In this document: piece by piece, positions 1-14,039 of the stretch
Position numbering within the stretch: the stretch's first letter is position 1
Layout of the letters: each line of letters begins with the position of its first letter
Source of the DNA: Octopus bimaculoides
Lineage: Eukaryota
Length of the DNA stretch: 64,000 nt
Assembly: GCF_001194135.2 (NCBI RefSeq)
Contig: NC_068981.1
Coordinates: 11,755,163-11,819,162, forward strand
Direction of reading: 5' to 3'
Notes under the pieces: generated by a model
The model's database searches: none
What the model was told of the DNA's origin: nothing
The model's input: only the letters and a program-made list of their open reading frames with translations
Program-made: the position numbers and the translations under genes

Positions 1-419
1 TATATATACACATATGTAGATATGTGTGTGCGCGCACCTTTGTGTGTGTGTGTGTACGATCTTTCGTGAAAGTAAGATTAACTAAAATGTACTCCATCTA
101 GTGAGAGATAAATATTCTTTAATGAACGCTATATACATTATGAGCTACTAATAGACTCACGTGCGATGCAAACGACACAGGGAGCCTTTAATAACATGTC
201 TGGTACCTTTATGCAATCTACAAGCTTTGCACATGACATATATAGGCTAAGAGATAAGATAAGAGAAAATTCGAGAAAATGCGAGAACTTAGAAGTAAGA
301 CGTGAAAGGTTAAAAACATCGGAAAAACGAAAGAAGAAAAAAAGGGAGGAGAATTATAGCTATGTCTCTTTTAACCGTAAAGCCATTACAAAGCTGAATG
401 TTTAGGGTCTAGAGTTCAA

Positions 420-870
420 TCCGCTTCAGTTCCTATTCTCTAATTATTCAACGGGAAAATTTCCATACATGTACATCTGAAAATACCAGATCTGTAATTC
501 AGCAATGCGATAATCTTGAATGAAGAAAGGATCTGTGATCTTTCAGCAATGTATAGCTTCCTATGTTTTTCTTATCAATTAAAATATGGCATGTTTTTTT
601 TTCTTTTTTAATTGTTTCGCACTTGATAGTATGTGATATGGCATTAGATTTCAAAACCCTATACGTGGCTAAAATCCGTAGCGGTTTCTACTTTTATCCC
701 TGTGCCAGAATGAATATACGTGGTCAAGCATAGCAATTTTTGAAGTGACCTTCACAAACACAGTGCAAATTTTCTTTTCGGTCATGTTGTCATCTTGTCT
801 TGTTGTAAACTTTGCCTTATATATCACAGAATTAATTAGGCACCCCTGGTCGAGTGGATACATTCCTGGG
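420..870 (-). mobile_element. Penelope-like retroelement fragment (GIY-YIG region)
   Basis: Minus ORF 669-863 YPLDQGCLINSVIYKAKFTT...HVYSFWHRDKSRN resembles the PLE GIY-YIG consensus CPLDGKCLxxSVIYKAxVT...NHxxSFxHxxKRN. Confidence 0.6.
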
Positions 871-880
871 TATTGACAGT

Positions 881-881
881 A

Positions 882-938
<57 letters not shown>

Positions 939-940
939 GT
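881..940. repeat. (TATC)n microsatellite next to a gap
   Basis: Direct sequence. Confidence 0.95.
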
Positions 941-959
941 NNNNNNNNNNGTGTGTGTG

Positions 960-995
<36 letters not shown>

Positions 996-1254
996 GTGTG
1001 ATTTTAAACTGCACCCGATAGTAGGACCTTGGTTCCTGGGTTTTTAAGGAATGTGGAACTACTTCTCAGTCACTACTGTTCGCAGCTCTACTCTAACACG
1101 GAAGAATGACACTTATTTAGGCCCCAGCTATGAGTAATATAAAGCATGTATGCATGTATGTATTAACTCATAAGAAATATTTTCAGGATTTGAGCATCAT
1201 TAGTACTGTACGATAAAAGATGCTGTTAGAGCTTACATTACATGTTTGTGATTG

Positions 1255-1298
<44 letters not shown>

Positions 1299-1559
1299 CG
1301 TTTTCATGCACTTCTGTGCCTAAGCTTGCGTATCTATCAGAATTATCTAATTTTGCTGTCATTTAATCCTTATATTAACTTAATCCTCACCAGTAAGTAT
1401 TCTACTACTGTTCAACATAGAGCCCTTTCGGAATTTGTATGTTTACCACAAAAGGCAACTCAAGTATCGAAATAATGATTATTCCATGAAATTACTCTAT
1501 TGAATCCACATTCAGTTATGTTGAGTAACAAATAATAACGATCATTTGAACTTTTCTTC

Positions 1560-1680
1560 ACAGTTTCGGACAGTTATTTCGCAGATGACACTTGCTTTGT
1601 TCTCTCTCCTTTTCAAATTGGCTAAACTTGAAATCAGTCTGAATCAGTCTTTTGGATTTCTGCTTCACTTCAGTTGAGAA
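1560..1680 (+). mobile_element. Degenerate LINE RT fragment
   Basis: Plus frame YFADDTCFVL, similar to the LINE RT (Y/F)ADD motif. Confidence 0.4.
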
Positions 1681-3099
1681 ACCTAAATCAAGATACTTAT
1701 ATTTAACAGATCATTGAATATTTCTTACGTATCTTTTTTCACCTTATGTAGAATCGATTGGTGATCACCTTCTCGACGTTTATGCCCATCTCTATGTTTG
1801 AAATTGTAAAAATAAGTTCTATATTACATTGATAGAATGTGTATTTATTTTGATGTAAGGGCATCCGTAACGTAAATGTTTTTTTTTTGCTTTGTAATAT
1901 CTTCCCGAACATTAATATTCTTACACTTGTTAATTAGTCACAGCTATGTTACTACAGTATTCACACTGTAACCAACTTAAAATTTCGGTAGAAAATGAAC
2001 AACAAAATTGAAATGGAATACTTTTACCCACAGCTGCAAGATTTACTGACCAATATCCTAAAACATAATGAAAGAGTAGGATTCTTATGAGTTATTTACA
2101 AAATCTGTCTGTCTATTCTGTCTTAAACGAGCTGGCTTTATTATCATTTCACACATTAAACTTCCACCACATTTTACTGAATGCGTCACGGTGATCTTTG
2201 TATTCTACACACATGATAAATTTCTTACCAAAACTTCCACTGTTTATGTGCTGCACAGTTTCATCCACAACGATGAAATGGCGAACATCTACAATTAATT
2301 CAGACAACGTGAAATTAAAATATTTCCTAGCCTCACGTGTCTTTTGATTTATCTGAAATACCTCTAGCCAAATCTTACATCTCCCTCTCGGTCTTTCTTT
2401 CTCTGATTAAAATTATGATTTAAAAATGCAGTTGTTAATGGAGTTTAGTCGAAAGCTTCCTTGACACAGACTCTATGTAAACTTGACAGAAAACATCGAT
2501 ACTCTGGTGAACCACATAGTGTAATAATTTTCAGACTTTCGTAGTTCGTGACATTAATTACCCATAAGATGGCCTTTTAACAACCCTGATCAAATGCAAA
2601 TTGCACTTGGCTCCCCATTTCTTCACCGACAAACACGTATCAACTATAAACAAACTAAACACCTCTCGCCAGAAAATTGTATTCATATAAAAATATGAGC
2701 GCTTTGGAACATTATTCTTAATTGTCAATGCAACATTTTTTGTTATAAAAGAACTAAGGCTTATACAACCCATGAAACAGAGAGAATATTTAACTTTCCT
2801 TCTCAGGCAGGCAAATATTTATTGAAATTCATAAAAAGTAATACAATTCCAATGGTTTAAAATCGTTGATTCCTGATGAGAATCGCAAAATATGTGTTCC
2901 TAAATCTGTGTTACATGGAGTTCTTTTCAATAACTTTCCGGTAATGTTTTGTTAATCTCGTATAAAGACACGTATTTGAAAACTGGTGATATCTCTGGGA
3001 TCTCCCTTGATAGCACTATATGAGAAAGAATATATCGTTGATTCTGCAATTCAAACCTCATAACACTTCAGTAATTGAATCCTAATGATATTATTTCAT

Positions 3100-3370
3100 G
3101 TCTTCGGAATATTTGGATATTCTTGATATTTATTGGACATTTATTGGATCCAATCGGGATATTTCCCTCTACGGTCCACTCGTTACGCTTATGAAATTTC
3201 ACTTCCCAGATCCTTTACTAAACATTTGACTAAATCCTTCTACCTTGGAACTATGGTTTTATGGAATTCCCTCGTATATTCTAGTTTTACCAAATCAATA
3301 TTAAGACGGCTATTCAATGCATCAATCTTACCAGAATATAAAAGCTCTCACATGTCTCAGATTCTGTAAT
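3100..3370 (+). mobile_element. LINE ORF2 C-terminal remnant (L2/Crack/Daphne-like)
   Basis: YAYEISLPRSFTKHLTKSFYLGTMVLWNSL matches the CR1/L2-group tail SFFPRTxxLWNSLP. Confidence 0.5.
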
Positions 3371-3453
3371 AGTAAGAAGTAAACACTTGACTATCGCGGG
3401 TGTTACGTTTCATGACAGGTGAAAATCTGCGAAGTAGAAACAGTACTGTACTG

Positions 3454-3493
<40 letters not shown>

Positions 3494-3668
3494 NNNNNNN
3501 NNNNNNNNNNNNNNNNNNNNNNNNNNNNNNNNNNNNNNNNNNNNNNNNNNNNNNNNNNNNNNNNNNNNNNNNNNNNNNNNNNNNNNNNNNNNNNNNNNNN
3601 NNNNNNNNNNNNNNNNNNNNNNNNNNNNNNNNNNNNNNNNNNNNNNNNNNNNNNNNNNNNNNNNNNNN

Positions 3669-3699
<31 letters not shown>

Positions 3700-4199
3700 G
3701 TTTATAATTTGTATATATTCATTTTATTATAAATGCAGAACAACACTACAGAGGAACCGACGTAAGCTTAAATAATAAACCGCGATAAGTGAACCGGGAT
3801 ATGGCGAGGGATTACTGTATTACAGAAATGTTACCATACGGAAAACGTCACAATAAGAATTAGTATGGATACGGTGGTTATAACCAAACATTTCAATAAT
3901 TTAGAACAATTTTATTCCACTAATTCTCATAAATATTCTTTTTCTTACATATATGAGCAGTATCGTTGTTTCATTAAACGACGTTAACATTCTTTCGTCT
4001 TCGTAACTCACTGCATCAAAAATAAGTGGAATTTTAAGAGAGACATAACATGATTTAGTGTTAAATTAATAGAACATGTTTGTCTTTTAGAGCATACATT
4101 AAAACAAATACTGAACTCATCGGATAGACATGTATTTTCTAACTCTTTCTGTTGTAAACATATCTTGTTTATTTGAGATAAGCATGTTTCTAGGATCCG

Positions 4200-4680
4200 T
4201 ATCACTTTCTGGAATGATGTCATAGCTTGTAATATTTAATGAAGACAACTTCATCCTCTCATTTGCACAATGTGGAAAATATACAACCAGTATTTCCCGA
4301 ACGTCCTTAATATTAGAATCAGAATGCATCCGAGGCTGAGGGCTCGTGACATACGCCGCATAACCAATTCGGGATTACAACACATACAGTCACTAAAACA
4401 CAATTTCTTTTCCCCAACTGACCCTGCTCTATTCAATATTGATCCGAAACAAATCGAAGAAGAACAAGATCCCATCATCTTCAAACGAAATCTGGACAAC
4501 ATAAGGGATAACAGTTAAACCACATATACCTGGATGCATCTCAATCAGCAACAACTCTTTACATGAATGGGCCACGATACCACAAAGCATAACTTAAAAT
4601 AGACACAACAGATCCTATCAAGTGGTGCTATTAAGTCAGGCATAGACCGGGCCAACCTTAGGTTGAAACGTATCTAAGTT
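4200..4680 (+). mobile_element. CR1-clade LINE 3' end
   Basis: YFPNVLNIRIRMHPRLRAR...SLKHNFFSPTDPALFNIDPKQIEEEQDPIIFKRNLD is a typical CR1 ORF2 C-terminus, followed by 3' UTR. Confidence 0.7.
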
Positions 4681-5615
4681 GTCTACGTTATTTTATGACA
4701 TGTGTCGTATATTTGTACAAAGTCACTTGGATTCTTTGTAGTTTTTGAAAGGATCACAGTAAATTGAATTTACATACTTGAACGATACATGCTTTTCATG
4801 ACCTGGAGGCATATAAAAGCATAACACTTACAATTAAATATGAAAGCAGATGCAAATGAAACTCTTCTCTATCGGACTAACTTCCAGAAATAGTTAATCA
4901 AATTTTTCTCAACTCACAGCTTGTCATCTTTAAAAAAACAGAGCACATTAGATACATTGCTTTTAAAAAAGGACCCGGTTTTTTTTTACGATTGCAACAA
5001 CTTAGATTTAGATTGACAGCTGAACAATAACAACGGATACGTATGCCGGCCAGCGAACAAGTGTCAATAACTAAGTTGCCAGATTTCGTTAAATTTCTTC
5101 ACTGCCGTCTCAAGAAGGAAAATACACATTCGATAATTAAATCTCAGACACTTTATCTCTTAAAAGGAATTACTGGATAGTGAAGGTTCTGATTCGGAAA
5201 ATGACAATACGAAGTGTCCACTGACAGATATTTAATCACTGCCTCTATTGAAAATTACAGAATATTATGCTGAATGACAGCGACAAATGAAACTAAAATA
5301 TCGACGAATCGTTATTACAAGTCGCCATTTTAAACTAAATACTGCAGATAGCGCGAAGATTGTTCTTTCTTTCTAAATACAATGTGTCGTCACTTGGGAT
5401 TTTAACAGATATTCTGAAAGAGTTTAATAAAGTTTTGGTTTCATCGGAATCGTGATATGCGTGACAAAATAAATGTTATAGATGCTAAATTATTGCAATA
5501 GTTCCGTATTTAAAACAAGAACGTGATTCTAAGAGATATCCATTGTTTTATTTTCAGTGATTATCCACTGAACAAAGAAATATCTATATGCTGCAACAAT
5601 ACAAGAGACAACTGT

Positions 5616-5684
<69 letters not shown>
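5616..5684. repeat. (TAC)n microsatellite
   Basis: Direct sequence. Confidence 0.95.
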
Positions 5685-5859
5685 ATTCAGAATAGATGCA
5701 ATTACTGCCTGCAACATATAGGATTGATTCAATGTGTATAGTTGCAATTTAAAAATAAATTACCATATAATCTAATTCAACTCACATATATTTTAGACTT
5801 AATTACATTTCTGTATTTAAATATTATGAATTAAAACTTGTATATATGTGTGTATATAT

Positions 5860-6600
5860 GTGTAGGGTGTTCGGTTTAAATTTGACAATCTGTTTAAAAA
5901 GACAAGAATACAAATATGTGTTAACAATTATTTCAAAAATTAAAAATATCAACTAAATTATGTCTGAGAGATAACACTTTGCTCAGATTACGGCCTTCAG
6001 CTTCCATCACGGCCTCAGAACCTGCCGCATACATTCTTCCCTGTGTCCCTAAGAAGATACTCGTACACGTTCTTCATCTTCGTACCAAAACGACCTTGGT
6101 GTTGCAGACAAAGCGGTTGTGTTTTCTCAACTGTACCCCGCACATAGTAACCCGTGGGGTTACAATCGGCGGAATCAGAAGCCCAGAAGTTGAGGTTGAA
6201 GTTGCAGAAGTTGTTCGATAATTACTCCTTCTGACTGATACTTGAAGTATAGCAAGGAACAGATTACACTCACTACACATATGGCTTTCCGGTACCAACC
6301 CTCTCTAACAGCCTCACATACTCGTCTCAATTGATGCTAAGGCTCTGCTCAAAGATATGGGTCGGCATGAGGTACCCATCACTGAAGACACACCTAGAAA
6401 CTAACACAGCTTGAGGGAACTTGGATTTCATGAGGTCCATGTCGCGTTTTACAACATTTACACTGTCCACAGTGCATTGTTTATCAGTCATGATGTCAGC
6501 ATTTAGATAATAGGTACGAATCATCCTGATACAAGTCATTTCTTCTCCAGTATTCAAATGTCTTTCAGTTTTCCATGTCAGCTAACTTTTCTCAACCACA
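5860..6600 (-). mobile_element. Tc1/mariner-superfamily (maT, DD37D) transposase remnant with probable terminal repeat
   Basis: Minus translation MPTHIFEQSLSIN*DEYVRLLE...GKPYV**V*SVPCYTS...FWASDSADCNPTGYYV (6185-6141, cf. WPPNSPDCNPLDYYVW). 37 residues separate the two decayed Asp positions. TAGGGTGTTCGGTTTAAATT at about 5862 resembles a maT end. Confidence 0.75.
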
Positions 6601-7143
6601 CATTTAATCTTGTGATCGCCAACGCTATTGACTGATAAGCAATAAACCAAGAACTTTCTCAAAAAAGGGAGACATAAAACTCCCCAAATTTAACTCGAAT
6701 ACCTCGTATGTGCACAAGTGCACACACTCACGGAAGCGCATAAAAACATGTATGTATGAATGTAAAAATAAAGACTGAAAACAGAATGGCATCACCTCTA
6801 AAAATAGGCAAGCAACTACTACTTCTATCCACAGGAATGTATATAAAGGACGAAATTTAACCAGTCAACCACATTTGAAACCAATGAACACAACTATCAC
6901 TGCCACCAGATGAACGTGAAGATGGCATGAATACAAGAAAGCATACGAGCTCAATAAGAATGGACATTCAATATTTAATTTGTTCAATAATAATAGACGA
7001 TTAATACTTCATTTCATTTCTTTTTATTATATTATTTTATATCTTATATCAATATTATAAGATTACAAATAAAACTTGAAAAACAGGGTTGCGATTCCTT
7101 TGAGTAACTTATTACTCAAAGGAATTATACAAACCCCTTCTGA

Positions 7144-7177
<34 letters not shown>

Positions 7178-7399
7178 GTAGATGAGTTTCGGGCAGAAAT
7201 TACTCTAGCCATGACAGGAACTTGATTCCGCCACTGCGAAAAGACATTTAATGAAGTTTTGTTTTACAATCATTTATTGGGCACTACAACCCATTCGTGA
7301 TAAGAGTTATTGTTCGCAGAGGTGTAGCCGGGTGTCAGAGGTTAATTTGATATTCGTTAAATTTATTGTTCCAGAATCCGTTTGAAAATTATGAGATCG

Positions 7400-7545
7400 T
7401 TTTTGTCTCCAACTGGTACTTAATTTATCGACCCCGAAAGGATGAAAGGCAAAGTCAACCTCGGCAGAATTTGAACTCAGAACCTAGACGAAGTACCGCT
7501 AAGCATTTCACTCGGTGTGCTAACTTCTCTGCTAGCTCGCCGCCT
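7400..7545 (-). mobile_element. tRNA-derived SINE, family A (GGCGGCGAGCTGGCAGAA head, CCTTTCATCCTTTCGGGGTCGATAAA core)
   Basis: Reverse complement of the repeat family also at 23161, 41040-41670 and 45720. Confidence 0.8.
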
Positions 7546-8868
7546 ATGTTTATGGTAATAATATTCCTGCAATGTTGCTAAAATATTTTCCATATCATGC
7601 AAATGATATCGCACCCATGCCAGCGTTGGAGGAAATAAAGTTTTACGTTCTCGAAACGATTCTGATAACCATCACCTGTCATGTCGCCTATCTATTCCTG
7701 TGATTGATTTTTGCATTCTTTCAATTTCCGTGTATCGAGACCACACACAGACACACACGCACACACACGCGCGCGCGCATATATATATACTTACATGCTG
7801 ACACGTATACACATACATAGATATGATATGTGTATACACACCCGTCACAATGTGCATGTACCTTTAATGTTTAAACCGGCAAAAATTATTTTAATCATTG
7901 TTCAGGTTGTTCAGATTTATATATCGACATTTAGTGAATTGATAAACAATGGACAATAGGATAACTACCAGACTGGATTAACTTCTTATGGAGACGTTCA
8001 TGGTAATCAGCAGTCAACTTTGTAGTCCATTGACTGACATTTGTAATCGAATGACATATCAAAAATAATAGAAAGTAACGGAAGTCAAATTCGAACCATG
8101 AGATTCTTGTTCAGAATTTGGATATAATTAAATAACATTACTGCAAATCGTTTAGTACTGTCTTGTAAACTTTCTTGCAATTTCCCATACTTAGAATCAC
8201 AAATATTAATATATATTCGATAGCATTTATGTTTTAGCTGTTCTGTTTATAGGTTTCTTAATATATCGATCTGTTTCCGTTAAATATTATGATTTTAGTT
8301 TGATTGCAATTGTAAAAGTGTGTAGTGTGTTTCTCTATATGTAGAAATAACATCGTAGGATAATCCTAATATTGGACATACACTTTATTTGCATTCTCCC
8401 TATACTTACGATATTTATCATCGAGGCTATTAAAATATTGAATTTTCTCTTTGATATGATATTACTTCTCGTGTATCATCACATTTAATGTTTCTGTTTC
8501 CACTCTCTATAGTGTTGCATAACACTGCGAAGCAATTATTAAAGGAATCATCTATAGGAACAAATACAATATTGATTGAGGCCTTCCCTGAACAATCTCC
8601 TCGGAAAGCAAAAGGAACTATAATCAAAATACATACATCTACATATAAATATATAAATACATACATATATGTATACATATATAACTNNNNNNNNNNNNNN
8701 NNNNNNNNNNNNNNNNNNNNNNNNNNNNNNNNNNNNNNNNNNNNNNNNNNNNNNNNNNNNNNNNNNNNNNNNNNNNNNNNNNNNNNNNNNNNNNNNNNNN
8801 NNNNNNNTATATATATATACGTACATACATATAAATATATATACACACACTCACACACACACACACAG

Positions 8869-8899
<31 letters not shown>

Positions 8900-9659
8900 T
8901 GTGTGTGATTACTCAATTGTAAGCTTTCCAGTTTTCATAGCAATTATACGCAAGAGTTAAAATAGTTTTTTTTTTAAAGATTAAAGTAAATTGGTTAATA
9001 AAATCACTTACATTTCATTGATCTCATTTTGAATGGAATAAATCTAACTTAAAATAGCCACATTTGCAGAGTAAAATATTACTCTTTTCGGACAATGTAA
9101 ATAGTGTTGTGAATAAGTCTTGAAATAAGTTAGCCAGAAATGATGAATGAAAAGATGAAAAGATATTGGAATGAAACGCAGCGATATATTTGGATAATAT
9201 CTCAAAGTGTGCTTCGAAAGAGCAGTGATAAAATGTGTAGAATGCAAAGCTAGTTGTTGAAATTTGAGTTCATATGAATGATTTGTTGTGTAAAGGTTAG
9301 TTAACAGGTCATATGCATAACCTTTGGTAGGAATATGGCGACTAGAGTTGAATGCCAAATGATCCGTGAGGATAAGGTCAATAGAACTGTCTTATTTGCA
9401 ATCTGTTATGAGAGCCTCCTTCAAGTTAATCTAATAGTATAGTAATTCTTTAAGATAATGTAATAAATCACAATAACACTGTTATATAAGCTCTTGTCAT
9501 AGTTAGTATATATATATATATATATATATACATTCTTCCACCCACTCGTTCACACATGCACGCACACGTGCATACATGCACAGTGAAACACCACACACAC
9601 AGTCATGTGTACATATATATTCGCCATGATAGATCGTTAACCACTACACACATTTGTTT

Positions 9660-9810
9660 TCTCCCCTTGTTTCTATCTGTGTCCCTTTCTTTGGAAGAGC
9701 GTAGGCTCGAAACGTTAAAGACTTTTCAATTCCCGAGTGTTAAACTAATACATCTGTTTGTTTTCTATACCACCTGTCTTAATCTTCTGTGTTTTTGTTA
9801 ATCCTCCCTA
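9660..9810 (+). mobile_element. Penelope-like terminal (pLTR) fragment
   Basis: GAAGAGCGTAGGCTCGAAACGTTAAAG has the PLE-type GA..G..CGAAAC terminal motif. Confidence 0.5.
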
Positions 9811-11019
9811 TATATACATATATATATNNNNNNNNNNNNNNNNNNNNNNNNNNNNNNNNNNNNNNNNNNNNNNNNNNNNNNNNNNNNNNNNNNNNNNNNN
9901 NNNNNTATATATATATATATATATATATTTCAGAATAGCCGTGGTAAATTTTTGAGCGTTCATTTTAATTCATAGTTACGTGACGGGCATTTGATAAATT
10001 TTATTAGTTGAAGATACGTGAAGAAAGAAATATTTAGTCGACATGGCCGAAATGTAAACATCTTCATTGTGGGAAAATTTATCTTCCTTATTGAGATTAA
10101 ACATGAGAACTCGAGATATCTGTACATTTTGTTTAAAATAAAGAAATGGAAATGCCATTAGCATGTGCTTTAACAAGAAATATTTATGAAATATGTCGTG
10201 CTTAACACTATATCCATACAAATACGGAGTTTCGAGTTTGTCATCAAATATTTCTAACATAAATTATCTGTAATTATGTTTCTAACTTTGGTGTGGTTTT
10301 CCAATTTATCAGTCGTAAAATAGTTATTTGTATGGCAAATATTACTTTCAATTAAATGCAATTGGGTGGTTTTCTTTCGTTGCAGATTTCTTCTCTAAAT
10401 CATTTCCCTCACAGCATCTTGAAATTTGCTTTATCCCACCTATATATTTTCTAGTCTGCTGGACATACTGGGAGAATGTACTTGAATTTGAAATATTGTA
10501 GGGAGTTTGCAAACTGAAATCTCTGAGACAGGGACTGACATCAAGATGTATTTATTGCTCTGGATCAAAAATATATCAGTGGTCAAATTTTATTGGAGAA
10601 ATTAACACAACATCTATAGTGGTCATTCCGAAAGTAGGAAAAAAAAATTACAAATGACATAGCTGTCGATAAGTGCTGAATAAGTATAGAGATGTTGAAA
10701 ATGTGGTTTATAAATGAGAAATGTAAGAATGTATTCGATGAGAATGGATCAATGTGTCGACTGAAATCCGAAGGGAAAGATTTATATAAAAGTTTTATGG
10801 GTAAAGTAGATTGATTATAAGATGCCTTTTTTGTTGGTCATGCGTTTTAAGAGGGGGAATACTGTCAAGACTTATTGTCTTGTTGCAATTTTTACTACTT
10901 TTTTGTAGCGCAAGGTGCATCTTGATCGAACAAACCTAGGGACAAAAGCATTTTAGTCATGGCAATTTAATGATTCTTCTTATCAGAGAAGATTTAGTTT
11001 GGTTTCAAAACTGTTTCAC

Positions 11020-11620
11020 GTATGTAGAAGGTTATTTGCCTGCTGTTTCAGATCGACAAGTAGCAGAGGAGAAGAGCAGGTGTAGAGATTCTATATATCG
11101 ATATCAGATGCGTTGACACTCATGATCAGTGAATTATGTGATGTGGAGGAATAAAAGATGGCACGTATGAATTTGTAGTAAGGTTTTAGAATAAAATGCA
11201 TTGAATCATGACTGAGAATAAACAAGGATCATGATTCGGCATAGAGTTTATTTTGAATAGAAAACAACAGACCCATCTTCAACTATGCACGTGACCTATC
11301 GGAACTAGAGTACAATTGTTCAGATCAACACGTATGTGTTAACTTCTCATTGTTTTGTTTTGATAATGTGCTGGTGTATCGCAACATGCTTATGGTGTAG
11401 TGTAGTAAGACAACAGGGTAGTGCAGTTATCAGGAAAGGTTAGAAAGGTTAAAGAGGAGAATGGAATACTGTAACTGAATAGAAAGATGGAAAGCTAGAA
11501 CCTCGATGTCATGTGTAACCTGTGATAGCCTTGCTACTTGTTGTTAAGTGAGCACTTCCGGGTCAAAATCCTTCATCAGACGTTCTTCCCGTCTGCTTTT
11601 TTTTGGTGGTCATTGCTGGT
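11020..11620 (-). mobile_element. Penelope-like element 3' part
   Basis: Minus LFKINSMPNHDPCLFS resembles KLGTLxPHGINERFS; CTGATGAAGGATTTTGACCCGGAAG terminal motif at about 11555-11580. Confidence 0.5.
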
Positions 11621-13925
11621 CATTGGTCGTGCTGATTAAAGCCTCTGGAATCAGTATATATGTATACTTACAGCCATAGAGCTAATTCTGGTGGTTAAGG
11701 CTGTGTGTTTTCTTCCAAATGAAGTCTGCCTCCGTAATCTGATATTCAGTGTATCTTCCCCTTCAATGCCACTCCATTAGTTATTGGAATGAAGACCAGG
11801 AATATGATATGAGTTCAGTTTTCTAATAGGCTTTGAACACTAGCAGCAACGCAGCGGAAAGTTTCAACTACACGACATGCAAGTGCAGCAAGCAAATAGA
11901 CATTATGATAAAGGGTGCATGGAATCAATATTATGAAACACAACTAGTTCATAAGCTGAAGATGCAGAAGTACACTATTCTAAACCGTATGTATTATGTA
12001 CCTTAAACACAGAAATTGTTTTACAAATATCGTTTCATGCAGTTTTGTGTGAACATAGCTTCTGGATAATTGAATAGTAAATAACGAAATTTCTCCTCTG
12101 TAGTGATAGGATATATATTTAAAGCTAAATATATTTACATTATTTTAAAATGGATGTGTGTGCATTATGTAAATTCGTTGCATTTGAGAAAATGTATTTT
12201 CTTACCTCTCCTCCAAACCTCTACCCATATATATATAAATCCACAATCAATAACTGTAACTCGATCAAAATTAGAAAACTTCGAAGATCTTCGGTCATTT
12301 TCTCATATTTTAACTTAATCATAATGAACAAGGTGGTTATTTTAGCTATAACTCACAACCTATTGGAATGAAATTATATGTTATTATATAGACAACTATA
12401 ATCCTATTCTACTTATCTTTGTGTTTGTTTAGTTCGGTCATTATTGATTTTAAGAACAATCTGGAGACGATAAAAGTTTGCTACAAATCTTAATGATATT
12501 GATTTCCATAACCTCGGTAGGAAGGAATAAAGGTCGACCAGTACATTATTTTCAGTTTGACATGGAGAGAATGTCATATAAAACGAAATCACTGCTAACT
12601 CTAATAGAGTGCCGAACCCCATGTATGCCATAATATCCTCGTGTATCGCTTCTTTTTAAAAGCTTGTTTTTAAATTTAGGAAAATGACGATACATAACAT
12701 ATATTAATAATTTTTCATCCATTACTATAATTGTTTTTGCAATACTCTATTTGTAAACGGCATCTGAAATGTTGAATACTACCTACAAAGATGATGAATT
12801 TTACATTTATTTGAAGTAAAGTATTATCATAATACCTACATTCAGTAGCCGCTTTAGAATAAATATACATCATTTGCTCTTTATAAGTTGATGTTACTAA
12901 ATCCTGGTAGAGTTTTGACAGGCAAACATCAGAAAATTTTGTGCCTTCGCCAATTTAATTTCAACCAGACAGAGAAACTTTGGCAACAAGTTGTTAAAAG
13001 AAACTTCTAAAACCTATAATTATTAACAGAAGCTAAATTGAAATCAATTTATATCGTTGTAGACTTTTTCGATTATAAAATATTCATAAATTTGGATACA
13101 AAATCAAATTAGAAATTACAGAAGTAAGTTCAGATGCTGTGCAGAGAATATATTTTTAGGTTTATCGCTTATTCGTCCGTCATATTCAATGAAAGTCTAA
13201 TAACATATATTAAGCTTTGTATTTGGCTATGCTTGAACACAAATATCTATAATATCAATATATAAATATTAACATGCTCTGAGAGGTACAAAGACAAAAG
13301 GATTTAGAAAGACTTCGTAACATATGTATATATGTGCGCGCGCATGTATGCGTGTGTNNNNNNNNNNNNNNNNNNNNNNNNNNNNNNNNNNNNNNNNNNN
13401 NNNNNNNNNNNNNNNNNNNNNNNNNNNNNNNNNNNNNNNNNNNNNNNNNNNNNNNNNNNNNNNNNNNNNNNNNNNNNNNNNNNNNNNNNNNNNNNNNNNN
13501 NNNNNNNNNNNNNNNNNNNNNNNNNNNNNNNNNNNNNNNNNNNNNNNNNNNNNNNNNNNNNNNNNNNNNNNNNNNNNNNNNNNNNNNNNNNNNNNNNNNN
13601 NNNNNNNNNNNNNNNNNNNNNNNNNNNNNNNNNNNNNNNNNNNNNNNNNNNNNNNNNNNNNNNNNNNNNNNNNNNNNNNNNNNNNNNNNNNNNNNNNNNN
13701 NNNNNNNNNNNNNNNNNNNNNNNNNNNNNNNNNNNNNNNNNNNNNNNNNNNNNNNNNNNNNNNNNNNNNNNNNNNNNNNNNNNNNNNNNNNNNNNNNNNN
13801 NNNNNNNNNNNNNNNNNNNNNNNNNNNNNNNNNNNNNNNNNNNNNNNNNNNNNNNNNNNNNNNNNNNNNNNNNNNNNNNNNNNNNNNNNNNNNNNNNNNN
13901 NNNNNNNNNNNNNNNNNNNNNNNNN

Positions 13926-13956
<31 letters not shown>

Positions 13957-14039
13957 TTATATGCAAGCGACAAAAGACGCTATTCGGCACCAGTATTGCT
14001 AGAAATAAGAGTCAAAACAGCTTATAGCCACAATAAGCA

